Assembly (NCBI GenBank): GCA_965203865.1
Contig: OZ241916.1
Coordinates: forward strand, 458,353-522,352
DNA length: 64,000 nt
Direction of reading: 5' to 3'
From: Arenicellales bacterium
GTDB lineage: Bacteria; Pseudomonadota; Gammaproteobacteria; Arenicellales; JAJDZL01
Part shown: positions 31,303 to 40,380 of the stretch, in pieces
Layout of the letters: each line of letters begins with the position of its first letter
Numbering within the stretch: the first letter of the stretch is position 1
The notes under the pieces: model-generated
What the model was told of the DNA's origin: nothing
The model's input: the letters and a program-made list of their open reading frames with translations, nothing else
Database searches by the model: none
Position numbers and translations under genes: made by a program

Positions 31303-34077
31303 ATGGCCCGACACCGGCCCGGCAAGGGCAGAAATTCAAGTCAATTCCCCAGAGGTTCAATTTATGAAAACCTGGAACATCGGCTTGTTCTTCTTTCTTG
31401 GCTGAACAGTTTATTCGGCTACGAAAAAAATCTTGACTTGCTAGTTGAGTCAAAAAGAATCAATGTAGAATTCGACTATCTTGGCAATGAGCAAAGTGCC
31501 ATATACCGCCACTTTGAGTCAAGAGAAGACAAAATAAAAATCCCAATGAATGATTTGCAGCACTACGACAGAAACATTCGTATCCATTTGGAAGCAATGA
31601 ATTTTTCTCGAACCAAACCTATTGCACTGCAGTATTTTCAGTATTTGGCAGTTCTTTATGCAGAAGTCTTTTTGGACCGATTCTTCAATCGCAGAGGAGA
31701 GTTAATTCAAAGATTGAACAAATTTGTTTCATATCGAAACTCGCGAAAGGCCACTTTTGAACCGCGCGATGAAGACTTTACCGAATCAGATCTGAAGAAA
31801 CTGGCTTTCTGGATGGCAACGGGGAGTGGAAAAACTCTCATCATGCACATCAATTTTCGTCAGTTTTTGCATTACAACGACAAGTCTCTTGACAATATTA
31901 TCCTAATCACGCCAAACGAAGGTCTAAGTGAACAGCATATAACAGAAATGAAGGCTTCCAATATTCCCTGCCGTCGCTTCGACTTGAATGACAGAATTTC
32001 GCTATGGTCTGAAAAGGACACTGTGCAAGTAATTGAAATTACAAAATTGGTAGAAGAAAAAGTCGGCGGGGGCAAGAGCATTCCTGTTGAAGCTTTTGAA
32101 GGCAACAATTTAATCTTTGTTGACGAAGGCCACAAAGGCTCTGGCGGCGAGAAATGGCGCAGATATCGCGATGAATTGGGTGAAATGGGGTTCACTTTCG
32201 AATATAGTGCGACATTTGGTCAAGCACTGGCGTCCGTTCAAAGTAACGAACTTGTTCAAGAATACGGGAAAGCGATTCTATTCGATTATTCTTACCGCTA
32301 TTTTTATAGTGATGGATACGGAAAGGATTTCTACATACTCAATTTAAAAGAAGAATCTGCCGAGGAAAAAACTGAAACTCTTTTGTTGGGTAACCTGCTG
32401 TCGTTCTACGAGCAGCAAAAGATTTTCAAAGAACAGTCGGAAGAATTGAAGCTCTACGGATTGGAAAGACCATTGTGGACATTCGTAGGGAGTTCTGTAA
32501 ACGCAGTCTACAGAAAAAACAATAAAAACCAAAGCGATGTACTAACAGTAGTACGATTTTTGCATCGAGTGCTGGAAAATCGAGACAATTGGGCAATTCG
32601 TACAATTGATAATCTTCTTCACGGCAATTCAGGCCTAGAAACTCCCGAGGGCAAAGATGTATTTCAAACCCATTTTGAATACATCAGAAGTAGTGGCATG
32701 TCCTCCGAAAGCATTTACCAAGATATTTTAACCCGGCTAATGCACACGCCCTCAGGAGGTGCGCTACACCTTGTCAATATTCGGGGAGGCAATGGTGAAA
32801 TAGGCATTAAAGCAAGTGCCACAACAGACTATTTTGGATTAATCTACATTGGAGACACAACCAGGTTCAGAGATTTGGTTGGGGAAAGTGAACCAAATAT
32901 TATTTTAGAAGAAGATGCCTTGGCAGATTCACTGTTTCATGGAATTGGAAACCCGGAAACTACTATCAATATGCTAATCGGCGCAAAGAAATTTATGGAA
33001 GGCTGGAATTCTTGGCGAGTTTCCAACATGGGTTTGCTGAATATCGGTTTAAAGGCGGGTTCTGAGATCATCCAGTTATTTGGGCGCGGGGTACGTCTTC
33101 GGGGGCTGGACATGAGTCTTAAACGAAGTGCTGCACTTGGAGGGAAACATCCTGACAACATTGAGCAACTGGAAACCCTTAATATATTTGCTGTCCGGGC
33201 AAACTACATGTCAAAGTTTCGTGAATACCTGGAAAATGAAGGTGTCGAAACTGTAAGCAAGGTCCAATTGCCATTGAAAATTGCACCAAAGAAAGAATAC
33301 TTGAACAAAGGACTGGTAGTGCCGCGTGTTCCAAAAGAAAATATTTTTTCCGAGGAAGCCGTTGTTCTGCTTGAACCAGAAGCAAATATTCAAGCCCGTG
33401 TAGATCTCTCACTTAAAGTTCAAACCTTGGAGAGCGGTGACTTCGGAGTTAGTTCAGTTGATGTACAAACCGGTACAGAAGCACACATTCCTCCTGAAAG
33501 TCTTGACCTTGTAGACTGGGAAAAAATTCACCTGAAACTACTCATGTACAAGCAAATCAAAGGGTATACAAACCTCGCAATTCTTCCAGGGTCTCCTCGA
33601 AAAATTTTGGAAAAACCCAAATCAGAGCAACTTTACAGTTTGGTTGCCGATGATTCTACCGTTAACCCTCAGTCATTCAGCGACACTTTCAAGTTATTTG
33701 ATGCCATTCTTTCAATTCTCAAAAATTACATCGACAAGTTTTACCGCATTCACCAAGAACGCTGGGAATCGAAACTAATGGAATACACAGAAATCGACGA
33801 AACAGATACAAATTTTCAGGACTACACTGTATCGATCACTGCTAGCGAGGCTGAATTAATTTCAGAAATTCAAAATCTGGTTGATGAAAACAAGAATATC
33901 TCGCGCCATGAACAAGAGCAACTGGGAGTCGTAGTATTCGAACGTCATCTTTACCAGCCTCTGCTGGTTGAAAAACAAGGCTTATTTAGCAGTAATCCCC
34001 CTGCACTCAATGAACACGAAAAAAACTTGTTGGAGATTTACGAGAATGTTGGCAATGGGAAAAAGAGAAATTGTTAA
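31303..34077 (+). CDS. SF2 helicase, Type III Res-like translocase subunit
   Basis: Motif I is FWMATGSGKTLIM, motif II is LIFVDEGHKGSG (DEGH) and motif III is FEYSATF. A later motif is IQLFGRGVRLRG. It starts 3 nt after the MTase stop. Confidence 0.85.
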   Translation: MARHRPGKGRNSSQFPRGSIYENLEHRLVLLSWLNSLFGYEKNLDLLVESKRINVEFDYLGNEQSAIYRHFESREDKIKIPMNDLQHYDRNIRIHLEAMNFSRTKPIALQYFQYLAVLYAEVFLDRFFNRRGELIQRLNKFVSYRNSRKATFEPRDEDFTESDLKKLAFWMATGSGKTLIMHINFRQFLHYNDKSLDNIILITPNEGLSEQHITEMKASNIPCRRFDLNDRISLWSEKDTVQVIEITKLVEEKVGGGKSIPVEAFEGNNLIFVDEGHKGSGGEKWRRYRDELGEMGFTFEYSATFGQALASVQSNELVQEYGKAILFDYSYRYFYSDGYGKDFYILNLKEESAEEKTETLLLGNLLSFYEQQKIFKEQSEELKLYGLERPLWTFVGSSVNAVYRKNNKNQSDVLTVVRFLHRVLENRDNWAIRTIDNLLHGNSGLETPEGKDVFQTHFEYIRSSGMSSESIYQDILTRLMHTPSGGALHLVNIRGGNGEIGIKASATTDYFGLIYIGDTTRFRDLVGESEPNIILEEDALADSLFHGIGNPETTINMLIGAKKFMEGWNSWRVSNMGLLNIGLKAGSEIIQLFGRGVRLRGLDMSLKRSAALGGKHPDNIEQLETLNIFAVRANYMSKFREYLENEGVETVSKVQLPLKIAPKKEYLNKGLVVPRVPKENIFSEEAVVLLEPEANIQARVDLSLKVQTLESGDFGVSSVDVQTGTEAHIPPESLDLVDWEKIHLKLLMYKQIKGYTNLAILPGSPRKILEKPKSEQLYSLVADDSTVNPQSFSDTFKLFDAILSILKNYIDKFYRIHQERWESKLMEYTEIDETDTNFQDYTVSITASEAELISEIQNLVDENKNISRHEQEQLGVVVFERHLYQPLLVEKQGLFSSNPPALNEHEKNLLEIYENVGNGKKRNC

Positions 34078-34520
34078 CTGGAAAAGAAATCTATCTCTTG
34101 CGCAACCTCAGTCGGGGTAAGGGAGTGGGCTTCTTTGAAAAGCGCGGATTTTATCCAGATTTCATTCTGTGGATTAAAGACAGTGTTCATCAAAAAATAA
34201 TATTCATTGAACCGCACGGCATGATACACGCCGGCCCTTATAAAAACGACGACAAGGCCCAGCTTCATGAAACTTTGCTCAAACTATCAGAAGAATTGAA
34301 GAAACGTACGAAGTTGAAAAATGTGAGTCTGGACTCCTATATTGTTTCAGTTACCCCTTATGACAAACTCAAGAAGGTTTATGATGACGGCAGTTGGAAT
34401 TGGGAAAAGTTTACGAATGCCCATATTTTGTTCTTTGAAAGGAATGAAAGATACGACTATGTGTCCTTTTTGATGGGGGTTCATAAGGATAACTTGGCAG
34501 AATCATCGAAACCAGCATGA
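34071..34520 (+). CDS. PD-(D/E)xK-like nuclease-domain protein (detached Res C-terminal domain?)
   Basis: GFYPDFILWIKDSVHQKIIFIEPHG fits the PD...(D/E)xK layout, except the last element reads E-P-H. The start is TTG 34071, which overlaps the helicase stop (TTGTTAA). The reading frame is open from 34014. Confidence 0.55.
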   Translation: MLTGKEIYLLRNLSRGKGVGFFEKRGFYPDFILWIKDSVHQKIIFIEPHGMIHAGPYKNDDKAQLHETLLKLSEELKKRTKLKNVSLDSYIVSVTPYDKLKKVYDDGSWNWEKFTNAHILFFERNERYDYVSFLMGVHKDNLAESSKPA

Positions 34521-34703
34521 TTCAAACATGGTTCAGGTTGTAGAAGAATTGACACATCACAAGCACAGGTAACTGGGCAGTTCAGTCCGCAAAATACTTG
34601 GCATTTCCGAATTCGCCGAAAAATCGCAGTTGGCAGTGCTGAAAACACAGGGCAAAACTTTTCATGCCACAGTCAAGCCCGGCAAATCGGCAAATTACTC
34701 CAA

Positions 34704-37091
34704 TCAGATTTGGCTTGACCTGGTTCTACTTTGCTTGGATGGTCCGCGTTTGAATCTTTTTTTGTTTGGGTTTGCGGCTTTTTCTTCAATCATCTTTTGA
34801 CATTCCGCCAATTCCAGTTCTTTCGGATCTTTTCCTTTGGGAATGGTTACATTGGTCTTGCCGTCAGTTGTGTAAGGACCGAATCGACCGTTCAGTACAA
34901 GAATTCCATTTCCAAAGTCTTTGATTACACGATTCGCATCTTCCACTTCTTTTTTCTTTATCAACTCAAGGACTTCTTCAGAGGTGATTTTCATCGGATC
35001 GTTGTCCCCAAGACTGATATTAACCTTTTTCCCCTTATCCGTTAGCACCGCAATATAGGGCCCGAACCGCCCGTCTTTAACAGTGACCTCATAGCCGTCT
35101 GGCATTCCTTCAATTGTTCGTGGCAAACTTGGCGTTTCCAGCATCTCGAGAACATTGTCAAGAGTAATTGAGTACGGGTCCTCGCCAGGCTTCAGATTTC
35201 TGAATATGGGTTTCTCTCCATTATCCGATTGCCGTCCTACCTGAATAAAAAAATGATCGTTCTTGAATCGGACGATCACGTCCCTCCCGGAATCAGAGTG
35301 CTGTCCCAGCACTCGCTCAAATCGCGTAGTGGTTTCTTTTTTAACAGTAACTTCATGCTTGAAGTCACTCCAGAAGCGATTTAGCAGATTGATATGCTTT
35401 TCCTTGCCTTTTGCGACTTCGTCCAGATTGTCTTCCAGGTGTGCGGTGAATTCGTAGTCGACGTACTTTTCAAAATGTTCTGTAAGGAAATCGTTCACAA
35501 CGCATCCGCGGTCGGTAGGGGTAAAGTTTCTGCTTTCCAGAACCACATAATTGCGGTCAAGCAACTTTGAAATAATTGTTGCATATGTAGACGGACGACC
35601 GATTCCGTATTCTTCCAGGGTTTTTACCAGGCTGGCCTGGTTGTATTTTGGGGGCGGCTGAGTAAAATGCTGTTCCGGTACCAGCTTGTCAACCGGCACC
35701 AGTTGATCGACTTCCAGCCGGGGAAGTATTTTATCTTCTTCCTTGTTTTCCTGGGTGTCCTTGTAGACGGCCAGAAATCCCGGATATTTCAATGTTGACC
35801 CATGCGCATGAAATAAATAATCGCCGGTCTTCAAATTTACTGATACTTGGTCATAGATAGCACTATTCATCTGACAGGCCACTGCACGTTTCCATATTAG
35901 TTCGTACAGCTTGAATTGATTCTCGTTCAACTGGGATTTGACTTTCTCCGGGGTTAAAAACACATTTGTTGGCCGTATCGCTTCATGGGCTTCCTGAGCA
36001 TTCTTGCTTTTGGTTCGATACACGGTCGGCTTGGATGGCAAGTTGTCGGCACCATGCTTTTTGGAAATAAAATCGCGAATCTGGCTTACAGCAGTGCCGG
36101 ACAGTGTAACCGAGTCTGTTCGCATATAGGTAATCAATCCTGTTTGCTGGCCATCAACAGACAATCCTTCATACAATTCCTGTGCTGTGCGCATCAGATT
36201 TCTCGCACTTATTCCGAATCTTCTGGTCGCGTCCTGCATCAGGGTGGAGGTTGTAAACGGTGCAGGCGGATGCCGGGACCGGTTCCTTGCATTGATTTCC
36301 ATGACTCGGAGATGGTTTCTGGAGCTGTCCTCTTCATGCATTGCTTTGGAAATTTGGGCAACTATATTGTTTGCGCTTTCTTCGTTGTCAATTTCATGCT
36401 TTTCAAGTTTCTTTTCTGCGATATGAGTAAGGCTGGCTGTGACCGGCTTGTCCGCCTTCAATTGCGCCTCGATGGTCCAATGCTCCTTGGGCACAAATCG
36501 ATTGATTTCTCTTTGACGCTCAACAATTAGCCGGAGTGCGGGACTTTGAACGCGTCCTGCTGATAGTCCAGGAGCGAGTTTGGTCCACAGCAGCGGAGAA
36601 AGGTTGAAGCCTACGAGATAGTCCAAGGCTGCTCTTGCCTGCTGCGCCTGAACCAGTTCAACAGAAACCTTTCCGGGCGAATTCATTGCGTCTTCAATAG
36701 CATGCGCCGTAACTTCGTGGAATACGATCCGGTGAACAGGCTTCCCATTCAGAGCTCCGCGACGCTCGAGTATTTCCAGAACATGAGCAGAAATTGCTTC
36801 TCCTTCCCGGTCCGGGTCAGTTGCCAGATACAAGATATCCGAGCTGCGCATGGCATTTACAATTGCGGATACAAACTTTGTTTTTTGAGGACTGATTCGA
36901 TATTTCATTTGAAATTCGTTGTCTACATCCACTTGGCCGTCTTTACGTTCGAGTTCGTATACGTGGCCGCCCGTGGCGAGAATCTCAAATTTCTCTGCGC
37001 GGTTCGTTGCGTGTCCCAAAGAATTATTCAAAATTCTTCGTACAGTACGAGACTTGGCGGGTGATTCAACTACAACCAGGTTTTGTTTCAT
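34704..37091 (-). CDS. topA: DNA topoisomerase I
   Basis: The Toprim start is LVVVESPAKSRTV, the active-site region is LITYMRTDS, and the C-terminus has GRFGPY repeats. Confidence 0.95.
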   Translation of the reverse strand: MKQNLVVVESPAKSRTVRRILNNSLGHATNRAEKFEILATGGHVYELERKDGQVDVDNEFQMKYRISPQKTKFVSAIVNAMRSSDILYLATDPDREGEAISAHVLEILERRGALNGKPVHRIVFHEVTAHAIEDAMNSPGKVSVELVQAQQARAALDYLVGFNLSPLLWTKLAPGLSAGRVQSPALRLIVERQREINRFVPKEHWTIEAQLKADKPVTASLTHIAEKKLEKHEIDNEESANNIVAQISKAMHEEDSSRNHLRVMEINARNRSRHPPAPFTTSTLMQDATRRFGISARNLMRTAQELYEGLSVDGQQTGLITYMRTDSVTLSGTAVSQIRDFISKKHGADNLPSKPTVYRTKSKNAQEAHEAIRPTNVFLTPEKVKSQLNENQFKLYELIWKRAVACQMNSAIYDQVSVNLKTGDYLFHAHGSTLKYPGFLAVYKDTQENKEEDKILPRLEVDQLVPVDKLVPEQHFTQPPPKYNQASLVKTLEEYGIGRPSTYATIISKLLDRNYVVLESRNFTPTDRGCVVNDFLTEHFEKYVDYEFTAHLEDNLDEVAKGKEKHINLLNRFWSDFKHEVTVKKETTTRFERVLGQHSDSGRDVIVRFKNDHFFIQVGRQSDNGEKPIFRNLKPGEDPYSITLDNVLEMLETPSLPRTIEGMPDGYEVTVKDGRFGPYIAVLTDKGKKVNISLGDNDPMKITSEEVLELIKKKEVEDANRVIKDFGNGILVLNGRFGPYTTDGKTNVTIPKGKDPKELELAECQKMIEEKAANPNKKRFKRGPSKQSRTRSSQI

Positions 37092-37245
37092 TTGGTGTTA
37101 CTAGTGCTGATTATTCGTTTCAAGTATATGATTTTCATAGATTAATTATTAACAGAAATTTGCTGTTGTCAAATATATGTATTTCAATGATGCTGAATTT
37201 GAATACTTCACGAACTGCCAGCCGATTCAAGCAAGCATATTACGC

Positions 37246-38145
37246 TTATTTTACAAATCTCATGGAATAGTCAATTGCCCGTAAATTCTTGGTCAGAGCC
37301 CCCACTGAAATGTAGTCCACGCCAGCTTCAGCGACTTCTCGAACATTCTCCAAATCATAGTTTCCAGATGCTTCCAGCTCGATTTTTTGATTTGTCAACT
37401 GAACAGCTTTTTCTATATCTCCAATGGAAAAATTATCCAGCATAATTCGATTCGCTCCGCTATCAATTGCCACTTCCAGTTCCTTCAAGTTTTCGACTTC
37501 AACTTCAACGAGCAGTCCATTTTGTCTTTCTGCCGGCAGTTTCTTGATCATGTTGTCTAGCGAATCCGTTGCGAACAAGTGGTTTTCCTTGATCAGCACT
37601 CCGTCGTACAATCCAAAGCGATGGTTGTTCCCGCCGCCTGTTCGTACGGCGTACTTTTGTGCGCTACGAAGCCCGGGCACTGTTTTTCTCGTATCCAGAA
37701 TTTTGACACCGGTTCCGGAAACTCTTTCCACATACTCGTGCGTAGTCGTTGCCGTACCGGACAATGTTTGCAGAAAGTTCAGAGCAGTTCTTTCGCCGGA
37801 CAGGAGAGAGGCCGCATTTCCGTGGATACTGCAAACTACATCATTGCCTGAAACCGCATCGCCATCATTGACTAGCCACTCGATTGAAATGGAATTGTCA
37901 ATCTTGTAATAGACCTCATTGAACCATGGGGAGCCGCAGACGATGGCGCTTTCGCGCACGACAACATTTGCAGTCGCTACTGCATCTGAAGGAATCAGCA
38001 CAGAGGTAATATCCCCCATGCCAATGTCTTCTTTCAAAGCTTGTGCAACGGTTGCGGAAATGTCAATGGGCAGAACTACGTCTGATTTCATTTGAGATAA
38101 AAAAATCAATTTGCTGCAATCTGAATCAGTCTTGTCATGATTCAT
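37246..38145 (-). CDS. nadC: Nicotinate-nucleotide diphosphorylase (quinolinate phosphoribosyltransferase)
   Basis: LLSGERTALNFLQTLSG, DTRKT.PGLR, and LVEVEVENLKELEVAIDSGANRIMLDNFS are present. Confidence 0.9.
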   Translation of the reverse strand: MNHDKTDSDCSKLIFLSQMKSDVVLPIDISATVAQALKEDIGMGDITSVLIPSDAVATANVVVRESAIVCGSPWFNEVYYKIDNSISIEWLVNDGDAVSGNDVVCSIHGNAASLLSGERTALNFLQTLSGTATTTHEYVERVSGTGVKILDTRKTVPGLRSAQKYAVRTGGGNNHRFGLYDGVLIKENHLFATDSLDNMIKKLPAERQNGLLVEVEVENLKELEVAIDSGANRIMLDNFSIGDIEKAVQLTNQKIELEASGNYDLENVREVAEAGVDYISVGALTKNLRAIDYSMRFVK

Positions 38146-38689
38146 CAGTTTATAGAATGTTCAATCAATTTACATCATTCAATTACGACTTTGCTTTAAT
38201 TTGATTAGATCCCTGAACGAATGCTTCAACTCTGGGGCAGTTCAAAATGCCGATGAATATCACGAAGATCATGTCTATTGGGAGCGCCCGCTTGGATGCA
38301 GAATTGCAATAGAACATGAAGGCGGTAAATATCTTGGGTTGGAAGATGAATTTGATCACAGGGTATTCAAGGGTATTGAATTAAGGGTACTGTGTCCTTG
38401 ATTGATGTGCCGGGTGCTCTCGTTTACGCTCAACCCTTGCAAATTCATTAGTTGCGCAAAAAGACTGCAAATTATGAATTTACGAGAAAGTCGCCAATCT
38501 ATACGGTATACACAGATGCAGGTTCAAGCCCCCCAATATAAAATTTAATGTAGAATTGAAGAAAACGAAGGGACAGCACGACTGAAAATTTCAGGTTCAG
38601 TTTGCTGAACCATCAAAATACGAGCGAATATATACCAATTTAGTGATAAACTGAATGTACCAGTAAAACTATAAAACCGTTAGAGAACT

Positions 38690-40240
38690 ATGAATTACGA
38701 CATTTGGAGTAATATCAGTCCATCCTTGGCGAAGCATGGAAATCATCCTGCGTGGATTCGCCGGGTTCGAAAAGAAGAATCAATTACTTTCGAATACGAT
38801 CTGGTTTATCGCGGCGCATTGAATTTGGCGGCCAAATTGCGCGACGAGGGAATTTCAGCCGGCGACAAAGTTAGCTTAATCGCACCCAATGGCCCCGAGT
38901 GGGCTGTAGCAGCGTTTGCAGTTTGGAAGCTAGGATGTATCTTGGCTCCTGTTCATATCGGGAATACAGAGGAAGATATAAGAAAACAGCTGGATGCGCT
39001 AGAACCGCATTGCATTTTGGTACACGACTTTAACCTGAAAGACAGCGAGCATCGCCAGATTGAAATTGAATTGGGTACCGAAAGGGCAGATGAAGAGCTA
39101 AAGCAGCCCGTAATGGAGTTGCGCAAGGAAGAAGCAGTAAGAATCTACACATCGGGCAGCACAGGAACACCAAAGATAGTTCGGCTTTCCCATCAAAACG
39201 TTTCTACGAATTTTATTTCATGCTCAAAAGTCGTGGTGCTTAACAAGAACGACAAGTTTCTGAGTTTGCTTCCCCTGTCCCACATGTTTGAAATGGTTGG
39301 CGGGATGCTGCTGCCTTTGTATTGCGGCTGTTCAATCGTCCTCCCGTCTGTACTCACAGCGGCAGAAGTTCTGGAAGCCATGAAGGAGGAAGAGGTGTCT
39401 GTTGTTCTTGCTGTTCCGAGACTGTTTCGAAGTATTAAAGAAGGCATGGAGAAAAAGTTCGCCGATGGAAGCGTATTTCTGCGCGGCTATATCGGCTTGC
39501 TTGGTCAGCTGCCCTTGGGGCTGCGTCAAAAACTGAATGCTCCGCTAAGGAAGAAGATTAGCCGAAATTTGCGCTACTGGGTTAGCGGCGGGTCTCGCCT
39601 GGATCCCACCATCGCTCAATTTTATCGTCGTTTGGGTATTAGTCTGCGACAAGGCTATGGATTAACTGAAACATCGCCAGTTGTATGTGTTCAGGAAGCA
39701 TACCCCAACAATTTTGACAGTGTTGGCTATCCGATTGAAAATGTCGAGGTAATGATTGACGAGCCTGATGAATTGGGGTGCGGTGAAGTGCTGGTAAGGG
39801 GGCCTAATATCATGCTCGGTTACACAGACCCCGGGCTTACCGCTGAGGTAATGAAAGACGAGTGGTTCCGAACCGGAGACATTGGCCGTCTGGATGCTTC
39901 GGGAAACTTGAGTTTGACAGGCAGGATTAAAAGAATAATTGTAACCGAAGCGGGCAAGAACGTGTACCCGGAGGAACTGGAAGTCCTGCTTGAAAGATTT
40001 GATGGCGTAAAGGAGGCCGCGGTAATAGAGGTGGACCAGAGAGCCGCTGCTGTTCTGGCAATGGACGGCGAAAACAATGAGAGCCGAGCGAAGGAAATTA
40101 TTGCCAGCTTCAATTCCAAAACATCAACTCACAACAATATTGCGCGAGTGGCTATCGTTCAAGACTTGCCGCGAACACCGCTAGGTAAAACGGCTTTTCC
40201 TCAACTGCCCCCGCTTTTCGAAAAACACGAAATCCGTTAA
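38690..40240 (+). CDS. AMP-dependent synthetase/ligase (acyl-CoA synthetase family)
   Basis: YTSGSTGTPKIV, GYGLTETS and FRTGDIG are present. Confidence 0.85.
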   Translation: MNYDIWSNISPSLAKHGNHPAWIRRVRKEESITFEYDLVYRGALNLAAKLRDEGISAGDKVSLIAPNGPEWAVAAFAVWKLGCILAPVHIGNTEEDIRKQLDALEPHCILVHDFNLKDSEHRQIEIELGTERADEELKQPVMELRKEEAVRIYTSGSTGTPKIVRLSHQNVSTNFISCSKVVVLNKNDKFLSLLPLSHMFEMVGGMLLPLYCGCSIVLPSVLTAAEVLEAMKEEEVSVVLAVPRLFRSIKEGMEKKFADGSVFLRGYIGLLGQLPLGLRQKLNAPLRKKISRNLRYWVSGGSRLDPTIAQFYRRLGISLRQGYGLTETSPVVCVQEAYPNNFDSVGYPIENVEVMIDEPDELGCGEVLVRGPNIMLGYTDPGLTAEVMKDEWFRTGDIGRLDASGNLSLTGRIKRIIVTEAGKNVYPEELEVLLERFDGVKEAAVIEVDQRAAAVLAMDGENNESRAKEIIASFNSKTSTHNNIARVAIVQDLPRTPLGKTAFPQLPPLFEKHEIR

Positions 40241-40380
40241 TTCTGCCTTGGCAGTGTTGATTGAACTGTTGACCGCAGTTCATGTTTGCCGGGCAGTGTT
40301 CGTTGCCTTGTTAGTTGCATTTATTCATTTCAACCCTATAGATGTACTCAAGAAGTTTTTGAATCCTTTATTCGATTGTT

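Noticed and set aside
38201-38401. 66-aa ORF with a TTG start upstream of nadC.
   Set aside because: It has no SD, no motif and a non-ATG start, so the evidence is insufficient.
38530-38615. The tRNA-like string caggttcaagcccccc, and the hairpin GGTTCAG-tttg-CTGAACC.
   Set aside because: The T-arm-like string cannot form the required 5-bp stem. The hairpin has no U-tract and no obvious partner gene, so I cannot assign a function.
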